DNA of 64,000 bases from Mustelus asterias (taxonomy: Eukaryota): NCBI RefSeq assembly GCF_964213995.1, contig NC_135810.1:101928001-101992000 (forward strand), in the 5' to 3' direction. The notes below the pieces were generated by a model that worked only from the letters and a program-made list of their open reading frames with translations, did not search any database and was not told where the DNA came from. Below are positions 36,440 to 49,264 of this stretch, piece after piece; the stretch's first letter is position 1, and every line of letters begins with the position of its first letter. The translations under genes and the position numbers were made by a program.

Positions 36440-37240
36440 TGTTCATGGGATGTGAGCATTGCTGAGAATGGTGATGGTGAGTTGCCTTCTTTAACTCCTG
36501 CAGTCCATGTGGTGTAGATAAACTCACAATGCTTTTAGGGAGGGAGTTCTGGGATTCTTACCGGTGACAGTACAGGAATGGTGTTAGAGTTCCAGGTCAG
36601 GATAGTGCGTGGCTTAGAGGAGATCTTGCAGGTGGTGGTCTTCTGTGTCTGCTGCCCTTGTATTTCTAGCTGGCAGAGGTCACAGATTTAGAAGGTGCTG
36701 TCAAAAGAGGCTTAGCACCTTTCTGCAGTGTATCCTGTAGATGGTACACACTGTGTAATCTGTCAGGCTTCTTAGTCCTCAACTTTTGAACTTTTTGAGT
36801 GTCATCTGGGCAAGTGGAGCATATTCCATCACACTCTTGACTTGTACCTTATAGATGGTGCACAAGCTTTGGGCAGTCAGGAGGTGAGCTACACATTACT
36901 GAATTCCCAACCTCTGACCTGCCCTTGCAGCCACTCTATTTATATGGTTGGCCCAATTCAGTTTCAGGTCAATGGTGGACCCCCAAGGAAGTTGACAATG
37001 GGGGATTCAGATGGTAATGCCACTGAACCTCATGGGGAGATGGTTAAAATTTCTTTTGCTGGAGAAGGCCTTTGCCTGGCACTTGTGTGGCACAAGTGTT
37101 ACTTGCCACTAACCAGCCCAAACTTGATTGGTCTCCTGTCTTACTGCATTTGGGCATTGGCTGCTTCAGTATCTGAGGAGCTGTCAACAGTACTGAACGC
37201 TGCGCAATTATCAGCAAACATCCCCTCTCCTGACCAAATG
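36440..37240 (-). mobile_element. CR1-group LINE 3' fragment (second family), decayed
   Basis: Collinear with 56450-57300 and with the reverse complement of 20375-21300. Confidence 0.75.
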
Positions 37241-38057
37241 TAACAATGTTCAGTGCGGCATCAAATACGGGAAATGGCATTCCTTAGCTCGAGCCATGCG
37301 ATACCACATTATCTTAGTTAGAATACCACGATAATATCACAAAATTCTCCTCCGCCAATACAAAGAGGATCCTCTAGACTTTCTCCCTCTCAGTTCGCAG
37401 TCATTGCAAAGCATTGCCAAGACGACTTTCCACCACTACAATTAACATGCATTCATTCTTTAATGCACTGGTGATCCTTATCTACATTTCATACCTGGCC
37501 TCTGCAGAATCAAAGCAAATGGATATTTCTCATGGATTGTTCTGGGAAATGGATACATCTTTTTCCTTAAATCTGCAATCTTGCAAAATAGCATGGACTG
37601 CACGAGCTGCATGCATATCAATGCTGGCAGCTTGTCCCGTTGTTCTAACTTGCTGTGCTTCTTACTAGTTAGTAACATACAATGCAATACTCCCTTGGAG
37701 ATTCAGTGAGGTTTAGCCAGTGAGTGGCTGAGCAAGCTTATTCTAGGTACAATCACTTATCTGTGAAGTGTTATCTTTTCTCAGCTGTTTTGACCTTGGC
37801 GAGAAATTCCACCAGATCCCCTCACCAGTTTGGTATCTAAAGAGAATCCCTGTCAAAGATGCACATGTGTCCACCAGACCCAGCTTGATTTTGATGGAAT
37901 AACCTGTCGAAACTCAACCACGAGGCCCAGTCATCAATATTAAGAGCACAGGAAATAGAAGCAGCAGTACACCATTCTTGTTAAGGTATCAGAATGCTAA
38001 CTCAATTCCAGCTCGCAACTATCTGTGCTCTGGGAATTTAGAAAGATACGAAACGTA

Positions 38058-38425
38058 CACCCAGTCCATCACTCAAACCAGTCTCCCATCCACTGACTTT
38101 GTCTACACTTCCTGCTGCCATGGAAAAGCAGCCAACATAATCAAGGACTCCACGCACCCTGAACATACTCTCTTCCGCCAGAAAAAAGATACAAAAGTCA
38201 GAGATCATTTACCAACCGACTCAAGAACAAGTTCTTCCCTGCTGCCATCAGACCTTTGAACGGACCTACCTTGCATTAAATTGATCTTTCTCTACACCCT
38301 CGCTATGAGTGTAACATTCTCTCTTTTCCTTCTCTATGAACGGTATGCTTTGTCTGTATAGCACGCAAGAAACAATACTTTTCACTGTATAGTTGTGACA
38401 ATAATAAATCAAATCAAATCAAATA
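38058..38425 (+). mobile_element. Rex1/Babar LINE 3' end
   Basis: QSITQTSLPSTDFVYTSCCHGKAANIIKD; (aatca)n tail. Confidence 0.88.
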
Positions 38426-41400
38426 AGAAAGGAGGTGATTTTCACTTATTCTTTCCATTGCAAGGATATTTGAGGTTACATTTTTGCAGTCTTGATCTGA
38501 TTTGATTGAGTTGTGGGCCTGGCAAATAAGTCAAGGTAGATTTGTTGAAATCTGCTGCAGATAGATGGTGCCCCATTTAACTTTATCCTAAAGCAGCAGG
38601 TTTTTTTCAGAAGGAAAATAGTTTAAACGAGATGAAGAACCTCAAAATATGGAAGTCCACTGAAGTTATCTTAGACAGCAAGCCAAGTAGAATCATAGAA
38701 TAGAATCACAGAATTCCTACAGTGCAGAAGGAGGCTATTCAGCCCATCAAGTCTGGACCGATCAAGTATGCAGTCAATGCCTCCAAATGCTGTGTGTGAA
38801 ATTTCATTCATTTCCTTCCACTTGAATCTGGAAGTAGGGGGGAGGTGATAAAAATCAGACATTGATTTTCTGACAGTTTTAACTAGTCAACTGTCACACT
38901 TCACAACAGCCTGTGAGGCAGCCAGCGTTTACTGATTGTCGCAAGCTAATATTTAGCAGCCAGGCTACAAAATGACTCTTGAATTGAAATAAATGAACAG
39001 AAATTCCTAGTTTTTGTTAGCACCATAATTCTGAAGAGATGGAACGGTTTAATCATACCCAACAATACAGAGTAATATATATATACAAAATATGTTAACT
39101 CAAAAGCGCAAACTTAATATAATTGCACCTGTCAGATGGGCCACAAAGAATTGTTAGCTGACATTGCTTTCTTAGGTATGGACCTAGTAGATCGCTTGGG
39201 TGCAGCAAATAAAAAATAACACACATAATGCAGAGGAACACACATCCCTAATGGGACCTAGCTGACTTTCAGTCCATTAACTTAAAAGGTCAGAAAATAG
39301 GACCAACTCCCTTGCAAACATCTGCTCTTTCCCCAGTTTTGCTCTATGCCCTGGGTGTGTATTAGTCCAATACATTCAGGATCAGCAAATCATTCCTGTG
39401 TTGTTACTCGGTGTTTATTTTCCTCTTTTTCCTTTCACACCCTTCCCTTTTCAGTACTTCTCATTGTGACACACTTGGTTGTGGTATTTACCAGCGTTTC
39501 CTCTAGCTTGCCCCAGCTGCAAGACAGGCAAGAGAAACACCCATGGAACCATGGCTGTTTCATCATTTATTCTGCACTACGCAGCTTTCGACTAAGACTG
39601 CAGGGGATATGCTAGAATAACCCTGCTTGCACAGCAACCTCAAACTTGAGTTCGTTCTCCAGAGAAAACTAAGCAATACTGGTAAGGTAAGAGCACTTTC
39701 CGTACACTTTAGCAAGGCATCATTCTTGGGCATAAGTGCAGGAACATCCAACTGAATGCAGAAATCTTTTGGCAATAAGTCGGCAATCTTACTTCCAAAA
39801 GCGACAGTATGGTTGGTGTAGATGGGAAAATGTCACACTGGTGCAGGAAAAGGTCTGCCCTTTAGATTTTGGACCCAGGACTTATATACTTTACCTTGAC
39901 AATCATAAAATCAAAAACGGGATCCCATACAAGCCCAGAAGCTCAACAACTGTGTTTCTGAGCGGAAGGGAACAGGGAAGTAGCTATTAGAATTCATTTA
40001 TCAATGAAACCTACTTCAGCTGAAAATTATTCCAGATTCAAACAAAAGAGAACACATTTTCACACAAGGTCTGACACAAGTGATGGTGCAGCAGCGCCAT
40101 GTGATGAGGCAACGTTAAACAGCATGTTCCATTGGCATCTATTGGGTTAAATCTGCCCGGTGCCCTTCAAAACTCTAAGAAGTCTTATGTTTGGCACCTG
40201 TGCCTCCACAGGAATCTTGAGTATCCAGGGTGTTCAGTCTGCTTCACCAGGTCGCAACCACTGAAATCTAATTATTGGCACAAGCCTTCTGATCCTGGGA
40301 GGTGGGCACAGGCTGGAGTTGTGCCAATAGGTTGCTTGACCAGAGTTCATTCACATTCTGTCAACTGAATCCAATACAACACAAATGTGCAGTCAGCGCC
40401 TCACTTTTCATTACATCCTGCTGTTACACCACTAAATTAAACACCAGATTTATTCCAAAACTGGTTGAAGTTTGGCACTAAATTGATAGAATTACAATAT
40501 AAAGTTAGACAGCTGATTCACATATGAATTAATAAAAAGCTATGTATTCGAAACTAGACATAACTTGATGCAGTTGGACAAAATTCCTCCACTTGCCATT
40601 TTAATTGAGACAACGGCCTATTTAAAATGAAATGAATGTGCTCAATGCTCTCTTTAAATATTGGGAGATGAGTTTCATTGGAGCGCATTAAGCAATGGTG
40701 GAATAGCATTGCCAGCAATAATTTCCAGGCAATAATATTAAAAAACCCACTGTTTCTCATGTGCCTCAATGACTGGTGTTCAGTGTTGTTATGCAATTAT
40801 CATTTTGCAATAAAGGCGGCGCAGAGCACATTCCACACATTATTCATCCGTCTCAACCGAATCATCAATTATTCGCAAACTCCAAGCATTTGAGGAAATG
40901 GAGGAATGCTCAGGCAATCAGTAGTGGAAATCCTGGCAGATTTTCACCTCCCAAACCAAGGGGTGCTCAAGCCAACTCTTTCCTTGCTTGGAACTGCCTC
41001 GGCAGAGATCAATTCATTCATTCATCATAGGCTGCGGAACTGGAACCAAGGCTTCCCTGGACTGCAGGACTCAGCATCTATGCTTGGTCATCAGAGGTGC
41101 TTGCTTGTCACCTTTCTGTCAGAAAGGCAAACCCATAACCAACTTCAAAAAAAAGTAGCAACCAAAACAGAACAAGCGTCCACAAATGAACTTTACTGAT
41201 TTTCGTAAGTACAAAGAAAAAGTCTGACAGCAGGGTGCAAAATGCCAGTGCAAAGTGGTTCCAACAATAGGGATGCAAAGCCAATTTCACTCAAGTTACA
41301 TTCCTGGCACTAGTAAGCATTATGTTGATTATACTTAATTTCTGTCTCTCCCAACCGGGAGGACCTTGTGGGAGGAGGCTCAAGAGAGAAGAACAAATGT

Positions 41401-41794
41401 AACGTATTATTATTATTAAACAGTGCAATCAACTTAACAATTCACATCAGACCGTGCTTCACTGAACTGTTTTCAGTGCACCCACTGAAAAAATAGAAAT
41501 GCATAAGAGGGCATGTGCGAATGATACGTTATGCAACTCACAAGTGAATCAATAACATCCCCTAGTTACACTATTGTACAATCAAATATTGGCCAATGCA
41601 TGTACATTCCCCGACACAAGGCTTGGACTGTTTAGAGGAGTGACCAGCATACTAGAGAGGATGTCAACATTGGTAACGTCCCTCATTGCACTACACTATT
41701 CACAGTTCTTCACATTTGGAATCCTGAGCTGAACCAGATCTGAATCCAGTATTTATGTACAGATGCAGCACCAATGGACTCATTTGTAATTCAT

Positions 41795-42558
41795 GGGTCG
41801 GGATTCTCCTAAAAATATTCTATAAGTCCCCAATGACTAAGTCCCCGCGTGAAAACAGGAGTAACTCCCGCCGATTTTTACAAGCGGGATTTCCAGAATG
41901 AATCTCCGACACTCTGAGCACTGCAGAGTGCCCGAGTGTGATTCGTTCCGGAAATCAGTGGGTGGGACTATTCCCGCCTGAGGGGCCGGCAGCATAGCGC
42001 TCGAGTGGGCCACTGCGCATGCACCTATCCGTTAGTGTGGAGATCCGTGCATGTGAAATGGCCCCCCATCGTCAGCCTCCAGATCGCTGGATAGCCCCGC
42101 GACCCCGCATCGCTGGCCATGCAACCCCCACCACCCCCCAAAACGCTGGCCTCCCGAACCTCCCCGGGCCAGCCCCAATGTTTCCCCATCCCCCTTCCCC
42201 TGGCCAGCCCCGATTCCCCTACCCCCCCAGGCAGCCCCGATTCCACACGCCCCCCACCCCCCCACTTCCCCACCTGGATTGCCAGCCCCAATCGCCATCC
42301 TCCCTCTCTCTGCCACCGATCCCAATGCAAGGTGACAGCAAGCCCCCCCATCCTCACCAATTGCCCCCCCATAGGCCCCAACCCACAATAGGCCCCACCC
42401 CTTTGGCACTGCCCAATGCCCAGGGGGACATTGGGGGGGGGGGGGGGGGGGGGGCGGTGGTGGGTGAAGACATTAATGAGACTTCAGTCCCAGGCCCGCT
42501 AACGATATGGAAATGGGGATTTGCTCGAGCAGCACAGGGGGCCTGGGAGAATCGCCCC
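41795..42558. mobile_element. PIF/Harbinger-like non-autonomous DNA transposon
   Basis: Imperfect TIRs gggtcgggattctcc ... gggagaatcgcccc, flanked by cat/cat (3-bp TSD). Confidence 0.7.
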
Positions 42559-43406
42559 CATGCTCTTTCACAAGTTCAGCTGGCCCAGTGCCATCCCTAA
42601 CATTTTGCAAGCATTGCTAAAATCTATTTTTTTTGAACAGAAGGGATATATACTCACAGCACGGAAGATTAATGCATTGAAACCTTTTCTCCACATTTAT
42701 ATCAATCTTCATCCCTGAATATTGTTTCCGAAAGCTTCAGTTTTGTTGGTCCCAAAAGCCCTTGCAGATAGACTACATGACTAATTGAGATGGCACCTGG
42801 CAGCCAGTGCTCTGGAGATTACATTTTCACCTCAGTCTGTGCTTACTTTGATGTTCAAAAGTCAAGACTTCGAAACACCGAGGGCATTTAAAGAATCAAT
42901 TAATGTAACTGCACAAACAACAGTCGAGTGTACAAACAATAAACATTAGACCACGATTCCATCTGTGAATGTGTGCACAATACATGCTGCCCCAATACTC
43001 GAAAAATCATTTGTAATGCAGCCAAAATTTGCTTATCTTGGCAAAGCTTCGAGATCACATCATGTTCCCACCCTGCTGTTGAAGCCTTTATCATGTATAA
43101 CCATTACTATGCTCAATTTAAAAATAGATATCTATTATACGTCTTTCTGTAAGTGCTGCGGATGAAATCCATCAGTCATGGTCATGGGGGGAATTTTGTA
43201 ATAGGTACACCATCTATCATTTCCATTAGAACTGCTGAAGAACTGCTTCATTACGTATAATAACAAAATATTTTAATCGAGCTGCATGTTTACATCGTAA
43301 CATGACATTATTTGGTGTCAGCGTGCAATGTCAGAGCAACTATGTTTTAGTTGCACATGAGAAAGGCTCACATCACTCACCGGTCTCCCTCTAGCCTGTA
43401 GATGTG

Positions 43407-43531
43407 GGCCAGAATTTTACCGGCCCGCCTGCCACGGGAATCAGAGCAGGCGAGGGGCGGAACTTGGAAAGGCCAATCGACCACTGGCAGGATTTTACGG
43501 TTTCGGGACGAATGAGGACATAAAATCCCGC
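43407..43531. mobile_element. Short Harbinger-like MITE
   Basis: gggccagaatttta ... taaaatcccgc; same family as 48841 and 61750. Confidence 0.65.
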
Positions 43532-43532
43532 T

Positions 43533-44717
43533 TTCTCTACACCCTAGCTATGACTGTAACACTACATTCTGCACTCTCTCCTTTTCTTCCCTATGTACAG
43601 AATGCTTTGTCTGTTTAGTGCGCAAGAAACAATGCTTTTCACTGTATACTAATACATGTGGCAATAATAAATCAAATCAAATCAAAAAGAGTACAGGTTC
43701 CTGTTGGATCAAATTACAACTTACATTTTATTAATTCTTCTCATGCAATGAAATATCTAAGGTGCGTTATAAAACAAAGTAGGACACTGAGCCACATAAG
43801 GAGATATTAGCTCAGGTGATCAAAAGTTTGATCAAAGAGTCAGGTTTTGAGGAGTGCCTTAAAGGAGGAAAGTGAGGTAAGGATGCGGAGAAGTGTAAGG
43901 AAGGCATTTCAGAGCTTGGGGTCTTGGAAGCTGAAACAATTAATAGTGGACAAAATTATAATTGGGAATGTACACGTGGCCAGGATTAGATGAACATAGG
44001 TATCTTGGAAGGTCGTGAGGCTCAAGGAGATTACAGAGATAATGAGGGTTGAGATGGAGTTGAAAACGAGGGCGATCATCTTAAAACCAAGGCTTTGCTT
44101 GACCAAGAGGCAATGTAGGTCAGCATGCACACGGTAAATGGTGATTGGTGCGGGTTAAACCAAGGGCAGTAGAGTTTAGGATGACCTCAAATTTACAGAG
44201 GGTAGAATGTGAAAGATCAGCCATGAGTGCATTGGAATAGTCGAATCAAGAGATAACAAAGGCATGAATCAGTGTTAATACCATTGTGAAGAGATTCTCA
44301 GGTGCCTGACAGAAATGTATTGTCAAGGCTATCCTGATCGCCACACCAAAATTCAGTTACTTTGGTTCCAAAAGTAAACAAGCCAAAGAAAAGGATGTAG
44401 TTCATAGAATCCTGACTCTTTGGTCAAGCTTTTGATTACCTGAGCTAATATCTCCTTATGTGGCTCAGTGTCCTCCTTTGTTTTATAACGCACCTTGGAT
44501 ATTTCATTGCATGAGAAGAATTATTAAAATGTAAGTTGTAATTTGATCCAACAGGAACCTGTACTCTTTTTGATTTGATTTATTATTGTCACATGTATTA
44601 GTATACAGTGAAAAGCATTGTTTCTTGCGCGCTATACAGACAAAACATATCGTACATAGAAAAAGAAAGGAGAGAGTGCAGAATGTAGTGTTATAGTCAT
44701 AGCTAGGGTGTATAGAA
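43533..44717. repeat. Inverted repeat pair 43533-43844 / 44411-44717
   Basis: Each arm is Rex1 tail + unique aaagagtacaggttcctgttggatcaaattacaac + L2 segment; over 90% identical by eye. Confidence 0.93.
43745..44275 (-). mobile_element. L2-like LINE 3' fragment
   Basis: gagccacataaggagatattag...aggttttgaggagtgccttaaagg; minus strand reads LHCLLVKQSLGFKMIALVF (L2 LHWLPV..RI.FK motif). Confidence 0.7.
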
Positions 44718-44721
44718 GGAG

Positions 44722-45404
44722 ATGTGGAGATGCCGGCGTTGGACTGGGGTAAACACAGTAAGAAGTCTCACAACACCAGGTTAAAGTCCAACAGGTTTAT
44801 TTGGTAGCAAAAGCCACTAGCTTTCTGTGTGCTGCTCCTTCGTCAGGTAAGTGGGAGTTCTGTTCACAAACAGGGCATATAAAGACACAAACTCAATTTA
44901 CAAAACAATGGTTGGAATGCGAGTCTTTACAGGTAATCAAGTCTTAAAGGTACAGACAACGTGAGTGGAGAGAGGGTTAAGCACAGGTTAAAGAGATGTG
45001 TATTGTCTCCAGCCGGGACAGTTGGTGAGATTTTGCGAGCCCAGTCAAGTCGTGGGGGTTACAGATAGTGTGACATGAACCCAAGATCCCGGTTGAGGCC
45101 GTCCTCATGTGTGCGGAACTTGGCTATCAGTCTCTGCTGAGCGATTCTGCGTTGTCGTGTGTCGTGAAGGCCACCTTGGAGAACGCGGCCAAATTCACAT
45201 TGTCTGTACCTTTAAGACTTGATTACCTGTAAAGACTCGCATTCCAACCATTATTTTGTAAATTGAGTTTATGTCTTTATATGCCCTGTTTGTGAACAGA
45301 ACTCCCACTTACCTGACGAAGGAGCAGCGCACCGAAAGCTAGTAGCTTTTGCTACCAAATAAACCTGTTGGACTTTAACCTGGTGTTGTGAGACTTCTTA
45401 CTGC
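44722..45404 (-). mobile_element. Penelope-like family A element: GIY-YIG C-terminus with inverted terminal repeats
   Basis: Minus strand reads VLQGGLHDTRQRRIAQQRLIAKFRTHEDGLNRDLGFMSHYL*; about 208-bp inverted arms 44756-44964 / 45195-45403; TSD atagaaggag (44712-44721, 45405-45414). Confidence 0.88.
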
Positions 45405-45695
45405 ATAGAAGGAGGCCATTCGGCCCATCAAGTCTGCACCGACCATAATCCCATCCAGGCCCTATCCCCACAACCCCATCCATCCACCCCAGCCAGCTGC
45501 CCCTGACACTACGGGGCAATTTACCATGGCCAATCCACCGAACCCGCACATTTTTGGACTGTGGGAGGAAACTGGAGCACCCGGAGGAAACCCACGCAGA
45601 CCGCGGGGAGAATGTGCAAACTCCGCGCGCAGACAGTGACCCAAGCCGGGAATCGAATCCGAGTCCCTGGCGCTGCAAGGCAGCAGTGCCATCCG
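45405..45695 (-). mobile_element. HE1-type V-SINE (tail A); extreme tail displaced to about 44402-44412
   Basis: Reverse complement of head and V-domain; tail remnant catagaatcc lies upstream of the insertions. Confidence 0.85.
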
Positions 45696-46274
45696 TTGTG
45701 GGACAGAAATGGAGTGTGAAGTCATCTATGATAATTTATTTTTGCTGCAAGTGTGTTTTTGCTATTTGAAATTAATAACTACCAATATGTGCAAAAATCA
45801 CACGGTGGGAAAACTCAATCTGTCGGCTAATGTACATGGATATTTATCAAGAAGACAAGGACTATCCAATCAAGGCTAGAATTCTCTGGATAGAGACAGG
45901 GAGGCATTGTATGAGAAAGAAATACAGATTTTCTACAGTCATAATTAAAATTCCAGTCACTGGATATCAATATACTGGCATACCCATCATCTTGATGATA
46001 TAACACAAATGCCATTCAAATTTGAATGTACTGCCGTGGCTCATCAATATTAATGAACTTGCTGCATTTTTGCGCTTTTCTTTATCAACACTGTTCTTTG
46101 TAAAACAAGAATATTTTTGCTTCATCTATGACAACAATTCACACCTTTAATATAAAAATCATCACATTGCACTTCATGAATAGACATTTTTTTAAAAAAC
46201 AGTGGGATGGTTGGCAACAGCTAGTAGTGGAGGGATCAATTTTGGGAGAAGACCCCAGTGCCACGAGAGGCACA

Positions 46275-46582
46275 TTTAAGTTTAAGTTTATTTATTAGTG
46301 TCACAAGTAGGCTTACATTAACACTGCGAATGAAGTCAGTGTGAAAATCCCCTAGAGGCCACACTCCAGCGCCTGTCCGGGTACACTGAGGGAGAATTTA
46401 GCACAGCCAATGCACCTAACCAGCATGCTTTTCGGACTGTGGGAGGAAACCGGAGCACCCGGAGGAAACCCACGCAGGCACGGGGAGAACGTGCAGACCC
46501 CACACAGACAGTGACCCAAGCCAGGAATCGAACTTGGGTCCCTGGTGCTGTGAGGTAGCAGTGCTAACCACTGTGCCGCCCT
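46275..46582 (-). mobile_element. V-SINE type B, full length
   Basis: Reverse complement of head, V-domain and type B tail. Confidence 0.92.
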
Positions 46583-47275
46583 CGTTTTTATTGAGGTTTT
46601 TTTTGGTGAGTTTTTGCCATGAAATTTTCCAGGAGTAGATCCATAAACCAACTACATGCCTACATACCATGTGTTGAGCGCAGCATTTTAATGGCAGGAA
46701 TGATAGCATTCAGACAGTAAAGAAACACATTCACTGCCATTATCACACAGTGTCATTAACATACCCCTGTGCGCTTTTCACAGGTTGAATGATCCAGGCA
46801 TCCTGCTACTGGTGCTTTCCAGCAGCAGAAAATGCACCAAATTAATTACTGTGGAGTAAATTTACCAAGCTTGTGCTCCCTGCAGGAGAGGGGTGCAGGG
46901 CTCCAACCCTGATTCTGCACTCCCTGGGACCTGTTAACTTGCCTTTATAAGCATCTGGAGTGGCAAAGGTAGAAACAATAAAACTATCCCCACGATTAAT
47001 GAAATACTGTCATACAAGCAACCTGATTTAAATGTCTCCTTACCACAATGTCATTAAGGAGGTTGCTATCTGGCACAAAATCAAAGAAGCATTAAAAGAT
47101 TCAATCCACTTCCATCCCTTCCCCCTTTTAACATCAGTACTTCATGGTTACCAACTGGAGTGAGATATGGAGAGTATTGTATTGTGGACCCAGACTCACC
47201 TGGCTACACAAGATCATGATTTTGTTTTTACATAAACGCTTAAATTATGTTATAATTAACATAAAGTGGCATTTT

Positions 47276-47600
47276 GGGGTGGCACAGTGGCAAGCACTGC
47301 TGCCTCACAGAGCCAGGGAACCCGGGTTCAATTCCAGCCTCAGGTGAGTGTCTGTGTGGAGTTTGCACATTCTCCCCGTGTCTGCGTGGGTTTCCTCTGG
47401 GTGCTCCGGTTTCCTCCCACAGTCCAAAGACGTGTGTGTTAGGTTGATTGGCCATGCTAAATTGCCCCTTTGCGTCAGGGGGATTAGCAGGGTAAATATG
47501 TGGGGTTTACAGGGATAGGTCCTGGGCAGGATTGTGGTCAGTGGAAACTTGATGGGCTGAATGGCCTCCTTCTGAACGTAAGGATTCTATGATTCTATGA
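47276..47600 (+). mobile_element. HE1-type V-SINE (tail A)
   Basis: Head, V-domain and (attctatg)n tail. Confidence 0.92.
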
Positions 47601-48464
47601 CAAGTTTAACCTAGAATTCACTATAAAATGCGAGAAACTATTGAGGAGTAATTTGTCCCTGGTGTCATAAGCAGCACAAGATTTAAGTGCCTGCAGTAAA
47701 TGTGTGTCCAAGAAAGGTAAATCCCCTTCCTGACCAGCATTTCTCATTTGTGAAGCTGTTTCTGAATATCAGATTCTGAATTAGCATCATTTCTTAATCA
47801 GGCCTGTCAAGTCTGACACAGCAGGTGTAGCGTTCACCCATTTTGACCTCGTCTCATGCTTTAATTTTCAAATCACACAGTAAACCACTGATGTAGAAAA
47901 TTTGCGAAATAAGCCAATTGATCATGGGCAGTAAAGATTCAAAGGGACAGCACTGCAGGAGGAGGATTAAAAGCAGCAGCAAGAGAAAGGATGAAGCAGT
48001 GAGAAAAGGTTTTGATGCATCCATGAGAGTGAAAGACACAGTGGGAGAAGTTAAGATTGAGACGCCCCAGGTACCTGAGAGTCTTGCACCTCCCCACTCT
48101 ACTTTGTGATGTCGATCACTGATCTCCCCGCCTAGTTCACAATGGGCTTGACCACTGTTTGTGAGACTGGGCTGGCTTGTTGGCCAAATGTGAGAACAAC
48201 TCAAATGTAATATAATTTTCCTCAGAGACCTTTAAAGACCATTTTGGATCTTTCTCTGAAACCCTTATCCATGCCTTTGCCACTTTGGAACTCATGGCCC
48301 CAGAGTCTGGGCCTCTGGCTTATTCAGGAGACATATAAGAAGGCTGAAACTGTGATTTGTGAATTTGGAGATATACGTCTAATGCTATAATGCAAATAAA
48401 AGTTTTTAAGTTTGTAAAGACTGAACCTCAGTTATATTTTTCATTCCCTGGCTATGTGCAGTAT

Positions 48465-48670
48465 GAGTTTTAACAACACCAGGTTAAAGTCCAACAGGTT
48501 TATTTGGTAGCAAATGCCATTAGCTTTCGGAGCGCTGCTCCTTCTTAATTGAAGGAGCAGCGCTCCGAAAGCTAATGGCATTTGCTACCAAATAAACCTG
48601 TTGGACTTTAACCTGGTGTTGTTAAAACTCTTACTGTGTTTACCCCAGTCCAACGCCGGCATCTCCACAT
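48465..48670 (+). mobile_element. Penelope-like family A mini-element forming a perfect hairpin, 12-bp TSD
   Basis: Arms 48465-48544 and 48551-48630 are exact reverse complements with loop ttaatt; TSD tatgtgcagtat at 48453-48464 and 48671-48682. Confidence 0.9.
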
Positions 48671-48840
48671 TATGTGCAGTATAACAATGATTGTCCAAAC
48701 CTCCTGTTCTTGCTCACCTACATTGGTCCTCAATGCTCGAATGTCCCAAATATTCACTTCTTTGTGATTTCACCCATCTCTATTTCTGGTACCTTCTCCA
48801 GCCCTTTAACTCCCCAGATCCCCCTACAAACAGACTCTCT

Positions 48841-49087
48841 GGGTGTAATTTTCCTATCCTGCCCGCTATGGGAATCATAGCGGGCTGTGGCAGGACATTG
48901 GAAAGGTTCCTAAAGAGAAAATGCTGGAAAATCTCAGCAGATCTGGCAGCAACTGTAAGGAGAGAAAAGAGTTGACGTTTTGAGTCCAGATGACCCTTTG
49001 TCAATTTGCTTCTATCCATGGAAAGGTTCATTGACTTTGGGTGGGATTTTCCAGTTTCGGGGCGAGCGTAGCCGGAAAATCCCACCC
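48841..49087. mobile_element. Harbinger-like MITE with a nested Penelope family B fragment (about 48912-49003), inside L2 remnants
   Basis: TIRs gggtgtaattttcc ... ggaaaatcccaccc; nested gctggaaaatctcagcagatctggcagc...tgagtccagatgaccctttgtca. Confidence 0.7.
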
Positions 49088-49264
49088 ATTGTTTCTGTTC
49101 CTCTGACTCTGGCCACTCACACACCTACCCAACCCTTTACCGCACCAGTAATGGCTGTGCCTTCAGTCACCTAGACCTCACAATCTGGAATTCCATCTTG
49201 AAGCTCATTCTCGTGTCCACCTACCTCTCCTCCTTTAAGACCCTCCTCAAATACCACCTACTTA

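Noticed and set aside
39585-39681. Exon-like segment with good acceptor and donor
   Set aside because: Stops in all three frames; at most a non-coding exon, with no supporting evidence.
42019-42600. 193-aa Pro-rich ORF (and similar overlapping ORFs at 17316-18087)
   Set aside because: These lie inside C-rich MITE interiors that are open in several frames because of low stop-codon content.
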